Below are positions 1 through 9,506 of a DNA stretch of 32,000 nucleotides, piece after piece. Under the pieces are notes generated by a model. The model was not told the origin of the DNA. It made no database searches and saw only the letters and a program-made list of their open reading frames with translations. Positions within the stretch are counted from its first letter, which is position 1, and each line of letters begins with the position of its first letter. The position numbers and the translations under genes are program-made. Origin of the DNA: Moraxella nasicaprae (lineage in GTDB: Bacteria > Pseudomonadota > Gammaproteobacteria > Pseudomonadales > Moraxellaceae); assembly GCF_025643275.1 (NCBI RefSeq), contig NZ_CP089977.1, forward strand, positions 450,001 through 482,000, written 5' to 3'.

Positions 1-1380
1 TGACATCAGCAAGATGGCAAATAAGTTAATAAACGCCATTGTCGCCATCGTCAAATCGCCCATGTTCCACACCACATCAACTTTGGCAATCGCCCCAAAA
101 TAGACGAACGCCAGCACAATCATTCTAAAAATGGTCAAAAGAGCTGTATTTTCTTTTAAAAATTGAATGTTTGATTCGGCATAGGCGTAGTTGCCAATGA
201 TGGTTGAGAAAGCAAACATGAACAGCACCACCGCCAAGAAATACTGACCCCACTGTCCCACATGGCTGGCAAGTGCCGCTTGGGTTAGCTGAATGCCTGA
301 TAGATTGGCGGCATTTTCTGGCAGTTGAGCCAGCAGAATGATAAACGCAGTGAATGAACAAACGATGATGGTATCCACAAATACCCCAAGCATCTGAATC
401 AAACCTTGTTCAACTGGGTGCTTGACATTGGCAGCAGCAGCGGCATTCGGTGCTGAGCCTTGACCTGCTTCGTTTGAATACAGACCACGCTTGATGCCCT
501 GCATCATCGCTATTGATACCATCGAACCAAACAGACCACCGCCTGCCGCTTCAAAAGTGAATGCTTTTTGGAAAATTAGAGCAAGCACCGCAGGCACTTG
601 GGCAATATTCATCACAATGATGACACCTGCAACCACTAGATAAATCAGTGCCATCACAGGTACAATCACCTCAGCAATCTTTGCCACACGGCGAATGCCA
701 CCAAAGATAATCGGAGCAGTTAGCACCACCAAAATCGCCCCAACCACATGCTTATAAATAATCCAATCTTCATGACAAGCATCGCCATCAATGGTACAGC
801 CAACAGCCGACTGCACCGCTTGCGTGATGGTGTTCGCCTGAATCGATTGATACACAAAGCCAAAGCACACAATCAATGACAAAGCAAAAAGCAGACCCAG
901 CCATTTTTGTCCCAGACCCTGCTCGATATAATAAGCAGGACCACCACGAAACTGTCCTGTTTGAGTATCTTTAACCTTGAACAACTGTGCCAGAGTGGAC
1001 TCAACCAATGCTGATGACATACCAATCAACGCAATCAGCCACATCCAAAATACCGCACCAGCACCACCGACACCAATGGCAATCGCGACACCTGCGACAT
1101 TACCCACACCAACACGACTAGCCAAGCCAGTCACGAATGCCTGAAAGCCAGAAATGCCCTCGCTACTGTCTTGATTTTTACGGCTACCCAGCATTGTCTT
1201 GACGCTATGCCCAAATAGGCGAAATTGAACCAAGCCAGATGCCAAAGTAAAAAACAGTCCAGCACCAATCAGCACCCAAATCAAAATATCCCACATTGGG
1301 GCGTTAAATGCGTCCACCGCACAGCTTAACGCTTGCTCAAAGTCAGGCTTAGCAACGCAACTTAATGGATTTTCATACAT
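1..1380 (-). CDS. Alanine/glycine:cation symporter (AGCS family), partial; the C-terminus lies beyond the window start
   Basis: It is absent from the ORF track because it runs off the edge. The reverse-strand frame from ATG at 1380 is open to base 1 (460 codons, translated by hand): MYENPLSCVAKPDFEQ... It contains AGCS-type motifs such as GFQAFVTGLASRVGVGNVAGVAIAIGVGGAGAVFWMW and YSNEAGQGSAPNAAAAANVKHP, and is multi-TM. Confidence 0.85.
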   Translation of the reverse strand, partial: MYENPLSCVAKPDFEQALSCAVDAFNAPMWDILIWVLIGAGLFFTLASGLVQFRLFGHSVKTMLGSRKNQDSSEGISGFQAFVTGLASRVGVGNVAGVAIAIGVGGAGAVFWMWLIALIGMSSALVESTLAQLFKVKDTQTGQFRGGPAYYIEQGLGQKWLGLLFALSLIVCFGFVYQSIQANTITQAVQSAVGCTIDGDACHEDWIIYKHVVGAILVVLTAPIIFGGIRRVAKIAEVIVPVMALIYLVVAGVIIVMNIAQVPAVLALIFQKAFTFEAAGGGLFGSMVSIAMMQGIKRGLYSNEAGQGSAPNAAAAANVKHPVEQGLIQMLGVFVDTIIVCSFTAFIILLAQLPENAANLSGIQLTQAALASHVGQWGQYFLAVVLFMFAFSTIIGNYAYAESNIQFLKENTALLTIFRMIVLAFVYFGAIAKVDVVWNMGDLTMATMAFINLFAILLMS

Positions 1381-1552
1381 ACAATGTCTTCCAAAACAAT
1401 GTTTTTCCAAAAGCAGAAGGTTTAAAAAAAGTATGTCAGACCAAATTTAATCGCCCAACCCCAATCATCAATCGAAGGTTTGACATGATGACGGTTTGAT
1501 ATTAGTCAGCATGAGCGATGTTGTTTGCTGTATATTTTTTAAACCTTAGCCC

Positions 1553-1589
1553 AAAAAGTAAGGAATGATAGACAAAGCCATCATTCCCT
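1553..1589 (-). terminator. Candidate rho-independent terminator downstream of the permease gene
   Basis: On the minus strand an 8-bp stem GGAATGAT/ATCATTCC (1562-1569 with 1580-1587) has a 10-nt loop and is followed by UUACUUUUU (A-run 1553-1557 on plus). A second hairpin TTATCATCA/TGATGATAA lies at 1672-1694. Confidence 0.45.
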
Positions 1590-1714
1590 TGTTATTAACA
1601 AAATGCTTACAGGCTGTATTATAAGTCATTTTTTGGTAACAATCACGCAATTTATATCAATACAAGCCAGCTTATCATCAAAACCTGATGATAAAGTGAT
1701 TTTTTTGATGAAAA

Positions 1715-3034
1715 TCAATGAGCCTGTGTGTCAATATCGCCATTTGATTTTTCGCCAAGGCTTAAAAACCAATGCAAGAAAATTGCCGCAAAAGTTGCCG
1801 TACCAATACCACCCAAGTTAAAACTACCAATCATCAAACCAAAGTCGCCTGTACCCAAAATAATGGTAATGGCAGCAACCATGAGATTTTTATTGCTGGC
1901 AAAATTCACTTTATTATCAATCCAGATTTTCGCCCCAGCAATGGTAATCAAACCAAAGACCACAATCGATGCCCCTGTTAGCACAGGACTTGGAATGGTC
2001 TGAATCATCGCCCCAAATTTTGGCGAGAAACCCAGCACCATCGCAAACACACCAGCAATCACAAAAATAATGGTCGAGTACACACGAGTTACTGCCATCA
2101 CGCCAATATTTTCGCCATAAGTGGTCATGCCAGTACCGCCCACGCCTGCTGACAAAGCTGTCGCCACGCCATCTGCAAAGAACGCCTTACCAAGCTGTGG
2201 GGTGAGGTTTTCGCCCGTCATTGCCCCAACAGCCTTAATATGTCCTAGATTTTCGGCAACCAAGATAAAAGCAACAGGAGCAATGATGAGCATCGCATTG
2301 GCATCAAAAGTTGGGCTACTAAAATTTGGCAAACCAAACCAAGCAGCATCAGCAATCAGACCAAAGTCAATCGGCTTGCCCATGCCAAATCTGTTTGCAA
2401 CGATGGCATAAATCACATAAGCCAAAATCAGACCCAAAAGCAGTAACAATCTTTGCATAAAGCCACGACTAAATACCGCAATCATACCCATACACAGCAC
2501 TGTCACCAATGCCATCAGCAGTTCAAAAGGTTTGCCTTGCACGCCAGAAACCGTTACAGGGGCAAGGTTTAGACCAATAATCATCACCACCGCACCAGTC
2601 ACGACAGGTGGCATGAGTTTTTCAATCCATTTGGTGCCTGTTGCCATCACAATCAGACCAATCACTGCATACAAGATACCGCAAGCAATGATACCGCCCA
2701 ATGCCACCGAAAGATTGGGATTTGCCCCAGAACCTGTGGCATGAGCCGTCGCTGCCGCCACCACACCAATGAAAGCAAATGACGAGCCAAGATAGCTAGG
2801 CACACGCCCGCCTGTCATCAAGAAAAATAAAATGGTGCAAACACCACTCATCATGATGGCAAGGTTGGCATCAAAACCCATCAACAATGGCGCAAGCACC
2901 GTCGCCCCAAACATCGCCAGCACATGCTGTAAACCAAGCATGATACTTTGGGCAGGTGGTAGATATTCGTTAGTAGCGACAGGCTGGGTGTTAATGTCAC
3001 CCCGATACGCCTGCCATTTTGGAAACCAGCTCAT
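1715..3034 (-). CDS. NCS2-family nucleobase permease (RutG-like pyrimidine/uracil-xanthine permease)
   Basis: This 439-aa multi-TM ORF resembles E. coli RutG over nearly its full length (from memory). Shared motifs are LGLQHVLAMFGATVLAPLLMG, GGRVPSYLGSSFAF, LVAENLGHIKAV and TTYGENIGVMAVT. No other rut genes are nearby. Confidence 0.9.
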   Translation of the reverse strand: MSWFPKWQAYRGDINTQPVATNEYLPPAQSIMLGLQHVLAMFGATVLAPLLMGFDANLAIMMSGVCTILFFLMTGGRVPSYLGSSFAFIGVVAAATAHATGSGANPNLSVALGGIIACGILYAVIGLIVMATGTKWIEKLMPPVVTGAVVMIIGLNLAPVTVSGVQGKPFELLMALVTVLCMGMIAVFSRGFMQRLLLLLGLILAYVIYAIVANRFGMGKPIDFGLIADAAWFGLPNFSSPTFDANAMLIIAPVAFILVAENLGHIKAVGAMTGENLTPQLGKAFFADGVATALSAGVGGTGMTTYGENIGVMAVTRVYSTIIFVIAGVFAMVLGFSPKFGAMIQTIPSPVLTGASIVVFGLITIAGAKIWIDNKVNFASNKNLMVAAITIILGTGDFGLMIGSFNLGGIGTATFAAIFLHWFLSLGEKSNGDIDTQAH

Positions 3035-3270
3035 GATTCACCTTCTTTCTTATTATCCAAATACACTTTTAAAAAACAAAATCGGAGCATTATACAATAA
3101 ATCGTTGGTTTTTTGTAAAAAATTTATCATAATTTTTGCAAAAAATATTTTTAAGTTGCACGCCAAGCCTTATTGACTGCAAAAAAAAATCAGTTAGCAT
3201 ACATCAGAAATCTATATATGACTTTTAAGGACATTAAGTAGATGGTGTTATTCGATAGCAATCAACAGCA

Positions 3271-3311
3271 ATAAAGCCATTAACTTAACTATATAAAGTT
3301 AATGGCTTTAT
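3271..3311 (-). terminator. Hairpin terminator immediately after the ABC-like gene
   Basis: A perfect 16-bp inverted repeat ATAAAGCCATTAACTT (3271-3286) / AAGTTAATGGCTTTAT (3296-3311) has a 9-nt loop. It starts 5 nt past the stop codon at 3316-3318. Flanks are U-rich on both strands. Confidence 0.55.
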
Positions 3312-3315
3312 TATT

Positions 3316-4650
3316 TTAACGATGTCGTATTTCAATGACTAAGAATTGGTTGGCAAGTTTGATTAACTTTTCATCAACCATCGCCATATTATTTTTGTCC
3401 AAATGAGCATCCCATTCGTCCAATAATAGAACTTTAATATCATCAGATGCCACTTTGCTTAATTCATCTAATTGGCTTAATAATTGTTGTCCTGATGAAC
3501 CTTGATAAGACATCGTATTGGCAAAGCATAAAGAATGTTTGGCTGGTAGATAATATGCCTTATCGCCAAAGTGTTCTTTTAATTGTAATAATAATGACGA
3601 TTTGCCCACGCCATTTTGCCCAATTAAAGTCATTCTACCTGTTTTGGGTAAAGTGTCTTTATCAAAGGGTAAATTGGTTTGTTTTATACTGATTTTATCA
3701 TATTGAATAAAGGGTGTTAAATCTTGATGATTGTCTTTAAAAATGGTAAATAACCCATTGATTCTTGCTTTTATCATTGCAAGACCAACATTATAACTAA
3801 TCAAAGTATAGCACATTTGTAAAAGCTGAATTTGTCTTGGCAAAGTAGCAATCAATACCGCCAATACTGCATTATTATGCCAGTTTTGTTTAAATAAATA
3901 TAAAGACACACCCAAAACAGGTATCATCAAAATCAGCATAGCAATGGTGGCACTGACATATCTTATCTTTTCGGCAGATAGATTGGTATGGGTGGTTTTG
4001 ATAAATTGCTTGTCTGTTTGATTGCTAAATAAATGATAATTATAGTGGTTATTTAAGATAATATTATCCCAGCTGTGGTGCAAAATACCAATTAAGCTTA
4101 GGCGGGTATTTTGGGCGGTGGTGGCTTTGTCATCAATATAACAATTTAAATAATAAATCAATAAAAATGACAATGCCATTCCAATGCCATACGCCCATAA
4201 AATACGAGTATCCAATACGAAAGCAATAACCCCAATATTAAGCAGGACATTTAATAATAAAGAGAATAAATCAAAGATGATATTACTAAAATCATCAATG
4301 GTATCTTTGCTTTCTTGACTTAATAGGGCGGTGGTGGTTTGTTTTTGGGTTTGGTTATTAAATAAAGTTGCCTTGCCCAAAAAGTGAGTATCAAACGCCT
4401 TGATATAATCTTGCCAAGCACGATATTTGCCTTTTTCCAAATAAATGATAGAAAAATAAGCAGGAATATAAACGATAATCAGCGAAACAATAAAGGCAAT
4501 AATAAATTGGCTATTTAACACACCATTGCCAAATTGTTCGCCCAATTTTGCGATAAAATAAGTACTACTTGCAACAATCAGCTGTTGAATGATAATAAAA
4601 ATACTTGCCAAAAGATAATGGCGGTTTAATAATAAATAAACATCACGCAT
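3316..4650 (-). CDS. ABC-type fused permease/ATPase half-transporter with an unusually short nucleotide-binding domain
   Basis: This is a 444-aa ORF. The N-terminal ~300 aa are hydrophobic and multi-TM. The C-terminal ~120 aa carry Walker A GQNGVGKSS, an ABC-signature-like SSGQQ, Walker B LLLDEWDAHLD and a terminal IEIRHR (possible H-loop). The coding sequence is visibly AT-rich. Confidence 0.7.
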   Translation of the reverse strand: MRDVYLLLNRHYLLASIFIIIQQLIVASSTYFIAKLGEQFGNGVLNSQFIIAFIVSLIIVYIPAYFSIIYLEKGKYRAWQDYIKAFDTHFLGKATLFNNQTQKQTTTALLSQESKDTIDDFSNIIFDLFSLLLNVLLNIGVIAFVLDTRILWAYGIGMALSFLLIYYLNCYIDDKATTAQNTRLSLIGILHHSWDNIILNNHYNYHLFSNQTDKQFIKTTHTNLSAEKIRYVSATIAMLILMIPVLGVSLYLFKQNWHNNAVLAVLIATLPRQIQLLQMCYTLISYNVGLAMIKARINGLFTIFKDNHQDLTPFIQYDKISIKQTNLPFDKDTLPKTGRMTLIGQNGVGKSSLLLQLKEHFGDKAYYLPAKHSLCFANTMSYQGSSGQQLLSQLDELSKVASDDIKVLLLDEWDAHLDKNNMAMVDEKLIKLANQFLVIEIRHR

Positions 4651-4954
4651 TGGATTTTCCTTAAATTGTAAAATTTTGACAATAAAAATCCCTTACCAAT
4701 CTTAATAAGATTGATAAAGGTTAAGGAAAATGGGTTAAGGTGGCGTGAGTGGTAAAAACATCGGTCAAGCTTCCAGCTTGTTTTGTTGAAAAATCGTCCA
4801 AATACACCAGCAATCTAGCAAAACCAACTCGTTAAGTCAAACACTTTATCCTTAATGCTCACAAATTTCGTCCAATTTATCTGAATAAACCTTTATCAAT
4901 CAGTCATTTTGGGCTATAATTAGTGGTTTAATCCGTTATCAAAAGAGCCGCATC

Positions 4955-7738
4955 ATGAGCCAAGCTACTGACTATAAAAATACGCTAAACCTTGCCGATA
5001 CCGCCTTTCCAATGCGTGGCGATCTTGCCAAAAGAGAGCCTGCTTGGTTGGAACAATGGCAAAAAGACGATGTTTATGGACAAATCAGACAAGCTCGTCA
5101 AGGTCAAAAAAAATACACACTGCACGATGGCCCTCCCTATGCCAACGGTCAGATTCACTTGGGTCATGTAGTCAATAAAGTCCTAAAAGACATCATCATC
5201 AAATACAAAACCCTAGACGGCTATGATGCTCCTTATGTGCCAGGTTGGGACTGTCACGGTTTGCCAATCGAACAAAAAGTAGAAGGCATCTTAGGTAAAG
5301 TTGGTCAAGAAAAAGACGGTCGCATCATCAGTGCCACAGAATTTAGAAAGGCGTGTCGAGACTACGCCAAAAGCCAGATTGAACTACAAAAGGCAGATTT
5401 TAAGCGACTTGGCGTGCTGGGCGATTGGGAAAACCCCTATTTGACCATGAATTTTGGGCAAGAAGCTGACACCGTGCGAGCCCTTGCCAAAATCTATGAC
5501 AACGGACACATCACTCGTGGCATGAAGCCTGTGAATTGGTGCTTGGACTGTGGCTCTGCCCTTGCCGAAGCCGAAGTGGAATACGAAGATAAAACCTCTG
5601 ATGCCATCTATGTGGGCTTTGATATTGTTAATCGTGAAAGTTTGGCACACACTGCCCATTTGGACGGCAAATTACAAGCAGTGATTTGGACAACGACCCC
5701 TTGGACACTCCCTGCCAACCAAGCCATTTCTGTTCACTCTGAGCTTGATTATGTGATTGTCAAAAGTGAAAAAGGGTATTTTATCATTGCCGAAAGTCTA
5801 AAAGACGACTTTGCCAAAAATACCCATTTGGAAAATTACGAGCTTATCGCAACCATTAAGGGCAATGAATTCACCGCCCTAAATGCCCAACACCCTTTGA
5901 TTGCCGAGCGTCAAGTACCCATCATCACAGGCGAGCACGTGACTGCCGATAGCGGTACTGGTCTTGTGCATACCGCCCCTGCTCACGGTGTGGACGACTA
6001 CAATGTTGGTAAACTCTACAACCTACCCACCGAAAATCCTGTGGGCGGTAATGGTGTATATTTACCAGAGGCCAAAGTCTTTGTGGGCGAGCATATCTAT
6101 AAAGCACAGCCAAAAATCATCGAAACCTTGCAAGCAAGCGGTCATCTACTGGCTCATAACAAAATTCGCCATAGCTATCCGCATTGCTGGCGACACAAGA
6201 CACCGATTATCTTTCGTGCCACACCACAATGGTTCATCAGCATGGAAACGCAAGGTCTGCGTGAACAAGCATTGGCTGACATTAGCAAGGTTACTTGGAC
6301 ACCAGCATGGGGACAAAACCGCATCGAATCAATGATGAACGGTCGTCCTGATTGGTGTATTTCTCGCCAACGCACTTGGGGTGTGCCGATTACTTTCTTT
6401 ATCCATAAAGATTCAGGCGAACTACATCCACGCACCAGTGAACTGATGGAACAGGCTGCCAAGCTGATTGAGCAAGGCGGTGTTGAGGCGTGGTTTGATG
6501 CCGATGCTAGCCAATTCATTGGTGATGATGCTAACGATTATCAAAAATGCACCGACACGCTAGATGTTTGGTTTGATAGTGGAGCAACCAACTTTGCTGT
6601 ACTGGGCAGCCGTGCAGAACTGGACAGCCCTGCTGACTTATACTTAGAAGGCAGCGACCAACATCGTGGTTGGTTCCAGTCATCGCTTTTGGTGGCAGAA
6701 AGTGTGTATGGTCGTCCGCCCTACAAACAAGTTTTGACACACGGCTTTACGGTAGATGCCAAAGGCTATAAACTTTCTAAATCTAAGGGCAATACCAAAG
6801 GCTTTGAACCTGCCGAGCTTGCCAATAAATATGGCATTGACATTGTGCGTCTATGGGTGGCAAGTAGCGATTACCGCTATGAAATGGCAGTCAGCAAAGA
6901 AGGCTTTGACCGTGTTAGCGATATGTACCGCCGTATTCGTAACACTCTTCGCTTTTTGCTTGCCAATACGGACGATTTTGACCCGCAAAAGGACATGGTT
7001 GCTGACGATGAATTGGTTAGCCTAGATAAATTTATCCTTAATCGTACCAAGACCGTACAAGACAGCATCATCGCCGCCTACAATGAGATGGATTTTCATC
7101 AGGTGTGTCAGGCAGTGATGGATTATTGCTCACAAGATTTGGGTGGTTTTTATCTAGACATCATCAAAGACCGCACCTATACCACCAAGTCAGATGGTCA
7201 GCCTCGTCGCTCAGCACAGACCGCCATTTATCACATTGCTCACGCCCTACTTCGCTGGATTGCACCAATTTTGTCATTCACGGCACAAGAGGCGTGGCAA
7301 GTGCTTAAAGGTACTGATGGCTACATTTTTACCCAAGAATGGTACAAGCTACCAGTCATTAGCGATGCCATCACAGTTGAAGATTGGCACACCATCATCA
7401 CCATCAAAGACACTGTAAACAAATCTATTGAAGAAGCTCGTACCGCCAAAGTTGTCAGCAGTAATTTGACCGCCAAAGTTGTCATCACTGCACCAAAAGA
7501 ATTGGCAGATATTTTGGGCAAACTGGGCGATGAGCTGCGTTTTGTCTTCATCAGCAGTCAGACCATTGTGCAAGCTGGCACAGAATTTGTGGTCGATATC
7601 AGTCCTGCCGATGGCGAAAAATGCGTGCGTTGCTGGCATATTTTGCCAACCGTGGGTAGCCATACAGAACATCCAGAGCTTTGCCCAAGATGTGTGGAAA
7701 ATGCCTTTGGTCATGGCGAACGCCGTCAATTTGCCTAA
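4955..7738 (+). CDS. ileS: Isoleucine--tRNA ligase
   Basis: This 927-aa ORF has the class I HIGH motif (PYANGQIHLGHV), the KMSKS-like KLSKSKGN and the C-terminal Zn-finger CVRCWH...CPRC. Overall IleRS architecture is present. Confidence 0.98.
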   Translation: MSQATDYKNTLNLADTAFPMRGDLAKREPAWLEQWQKDDVYGQIRQARQGQKKYTLHDGPPYANGQIHLGHVVNKVLKDIIIKYKTLDGYDAPYVPGWDCHGLPIEQKVEGILGKVGQEKDGRIISATEFRKACRDYAKSQIELQKADFKRLGVLGDWENPYLTMNFGQEADTVRALAKIYDNGHITRGMKPVNWCLDCGSALAEAEVEYEDKTSDAIYVGFDIVNRESLAHTAHLDGKLQAVIWTTTPWTLPANQAISVHSELDYVIVKSEKGYFIIAESLKDDFAKNTHLENYELIATIKGNEFTALNAQHPLIAERQVPIITGEHVTADSGTGLVHTAPAHGVDDYNVGKLYNLPTENPVGGNGVYLPEAKVFVGEHIYKAQPKIIETLQASGHLLAHNKIRHSYPHCWRHKTPIIFRATPQWFISMETQGLREQALADISKVTWTPAWGQNRIESMMNGRPDWCISRQRTWGVPITFFIHKDSGELHPRTSELMEQAAKLIEQGGVEAWFDADASQFIGDDANDYQKCTDTLDVWFDSGATNFAVLGSRAELDSPADLYLEGSDQHRGWFQSSLLVAESVYGRPPYKQVLTHGFTVDAKGYKLSKSKGNTKGFEPAELANKYGIDIVRLWVASSDYRYEMAVSKEGFDRVSDMYRRIRNTLRFLLANTDDFDPQKDMVADDELVSLDKFILNRTKTVQDSIIAAYNEMDFHQVCQAVMDYCSQDLGGFYLDIIKDRTYTTKSDGQPRRSAQTAIYHIAHALLRWIAPILSFTAQEAWQVLKGTDGYIFTQEWYKLPVISDAITVEDWHTIITIKDTVNKSIEEARTAKVVSSNLTAKVVITAPKELADILGKLGDELRFVFISSQTIVQAGTEFVVDISPADGEKCVRCWHILPTVGSHTEHPELCPRCVENAFGHGERRQFA

Positions 7739-7750
7739 TTTAATCAGAAG

Positions 7751-7783
7751 AAACGGTGCATTAGGCATGCTTATGCACCGTTT
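7751..7783 (+). terminator. Strong hairpin after ileS (possible terminator or attenuator)
   Basis: An 11-bp perfect stem AAACGGTGCAT (7751-7761) / ATGCACCGTTT (7773-7783) has an 11-nt loop and begins 13 nt after the ileS stop. Only a short U-run follows, so termination efficiency is uncertain. Confidence 0.4.
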
Positions 7784-7940
7784 GTAAAACCATTCTTAAA
7801 TCGTTGATAAAAATACTGCGTCTGATTTGGGTCAAATTTACCACCCCAAACAAGATTGCTGTGTCTGGGCAGATGTTGTTGATGATTTTTATGGCGGTGG
7901 GCAATCACACAAAAAAATCGTTATTCTTTGGTGAATATTT

Positions 7941-8813
7941 ATGTCAAAGCGTTTAAAACTGACCAAAAAAGCATTAAGCCTATTGATGGGCAATGCGTTT
8001 ATTTCGGCAGAAACAATCAAACAAAAACGCTCTTTTAATACACCAAGAGCAGATATCACAAAGACATTAAAAAAACTTAGTCGTATCAAGATTGATTATG
8101 TGGACAACAGAGAAGTTATTGTTTTAAACCAAAAGAATGACACACAGCCAAGATTGATTTATATTCACGGTGGAGCTTATGTCAATGATTTGATTAAGCC
8201 GCATTGGGATATGATTGAATATTTAATCAAAAAAGCTGATTGTTGCGTTATCGTACCGATATATTGGCTCGCTCCCAGAAGCTCTTTTGATGATGAATTG
8301 CCTTTTATTTTGAACATATATGAAATTTATGGCAAAAATGATTGCTTTATCGCAGGCGATTCGGCTGGGGCTGGCTTTTCGTTGGCATTCACCATTTATT
8401 TACGCAATCAGCACAAACCTTTGCCAAAATCCGTATTCTTATTCTCGCCTTGGCTGGATGTTACCATGACCAATCCTGGCATTAAGGCATTAGAAAAAGA
8501 TGACATCATGCTGGCTGCCGATGGTTTGATTTGGTGTGGTAAACAATGGGCAAAAGAGCGAGCAACCACCGACCCACTGATTAGCCCAATATATGATGAA
8601 TTAACTGATTTGCCTGCTTTGTATATTTATCAGGGTACAGCAGACATCTTCTTGGCTGATGTCAAAAAATTTGATGAAAAAATCAAAACAACCAACACCT
8701 CTTGTCAAACAAAAATCTATCAAGATGGATTTCATGTTTTTATGGGGGCGACTTTTTTACCAGAAAGTCGTCAAGTGCTCGATGAAGTGGCCGATGTCAT
8801 TCAAAGAAAATAG
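7941..8813 (+). CDS. Alpha/beta-hydrolase fold-3 esterase/lipase (hormone-sensitive-lipase family)
   Basis: This 290-aa ORF has the oxyanion-hole motif IYIHGGAY, the nucleophile elbow GDSAGAG, and downstream acid/His candidates (DIFLAD, GFHVF). It is visibly more AT-rich than flanking ileS and lspA. Confidence 0.8.
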   Translation: MSKRLKLTKKALSLLMGNAFISAETIKQKRSFNTPRADITKTLKKLSRIKIDYVDNREVIVLNQKNDTQPRLIYIHGGAYVNDLIKPHWDMIEYLIKKADCCVIVPIYWLAPRSSFDDELPFILNIYEIYGKNDCFIAGDSAGAGFSLAFTIYLRNQHKPLPKSVFLFSPWLDVTMTNPGIKALEKDDIMLAADGLIWCGKQWAKERATTDPLISPIYDELTDLPALYIYQGTADIFLADVKKFDEKIKTTNTSCQTKIYQDGFHVFMGATFLPESRQVLDEVADVIQRK

Positions 8814-8912
8814 TCAGCAAGGTGTAAGGCATGTAATACGCACCATTTAAAGCACGATACCCAAATATGGTCGTTACACCACCCGACAATTTAACCTGTT
8901 AAGAAATAAATT

Positions 8913-9461
8913 ATGACCCAAAACACCCCTAATACCCAACACACCTCCAAGCCAAAATTAAACGGCAAATCTGCCTTTATTTATTATATCATTGGCTTAA
9001 TTGTTTTAATTTTTGACCAAGTCAGCAAAATTGGCTTTCAAAACTGGTTAAAAGTAGAATACACTTCTGTGCCTGTCATTGAACCGTTTTTTAATTGGAC
9101 TTTGGCATATAATCGCGGGGCGGCGTTTAGTTTTCTTGCCAATCAAGGCGGTTGGCAAAAGTACTTTTTTGCTCTTTTGGGCATTGCCGTATCCGCCTTT
9201 ATTGTCTATTATTTACGCAAAATCCCCAAAAGTGCCAAAGTCCTAGCGTTGGGGCTTGCTTTGGTGCTAGGCGGAGCGATTGGTAATGTCATTGACCGTT
9301 TGTTATATGGCTATGTGATTGATTTTATTCATATTCATTGGTACGATGTTTGGCATTATCCTGTGTTTAATGTGGCGGATATTGGCATCAGTATTGGTAT
9401 GGTGCTGGTGCTATTTGACATGTTATTTTTAGAAAAAAGACGCAACCAAACCACCATTTAG
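8913..9461 (+). CDS. lspA: Lipoprotein signal peptidase (signal peptidase II)
   Basis: This 182-aa ORF has 4 TM segments and the conserved LspA motifs FNWTLAYNRGAAFSFL and FNVADIGISIG. It sits in the canonical position next to ileS and fkpB. Confidence 0.95.
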   Translation: MTQNTPNTQHTSKPKLNGKSAFIYYIIGLIVLIFDQVSKIGFQNWLKVEYTSVPVIEPFFNWTLAYNRGAAFSFLANQGGWQKYFFALLGIAVSAFIVYYLRKIPKSAKVLALGLALVLGGAIGNVIDRLLYGYVIDFIHIHWYDVWHYPVFNVADIGISIGMVLVLFDMLFLEKRRNQTTI

Positions 9462-9506
9462 TCGCCATCAAATCTTAATCAATATTTTATAATCCAAAGA
9501 ATATTT

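Noticed and set aside
125-361. 78-aa ORF on the minus strand near the window start, and 1603-1821 (+)
   Set aside because: The first is out of frame inside the AGCS symporter gene. The second spans intergenic hairpins and runs antisense into the permease gene. Neither has motifs or an RBS.
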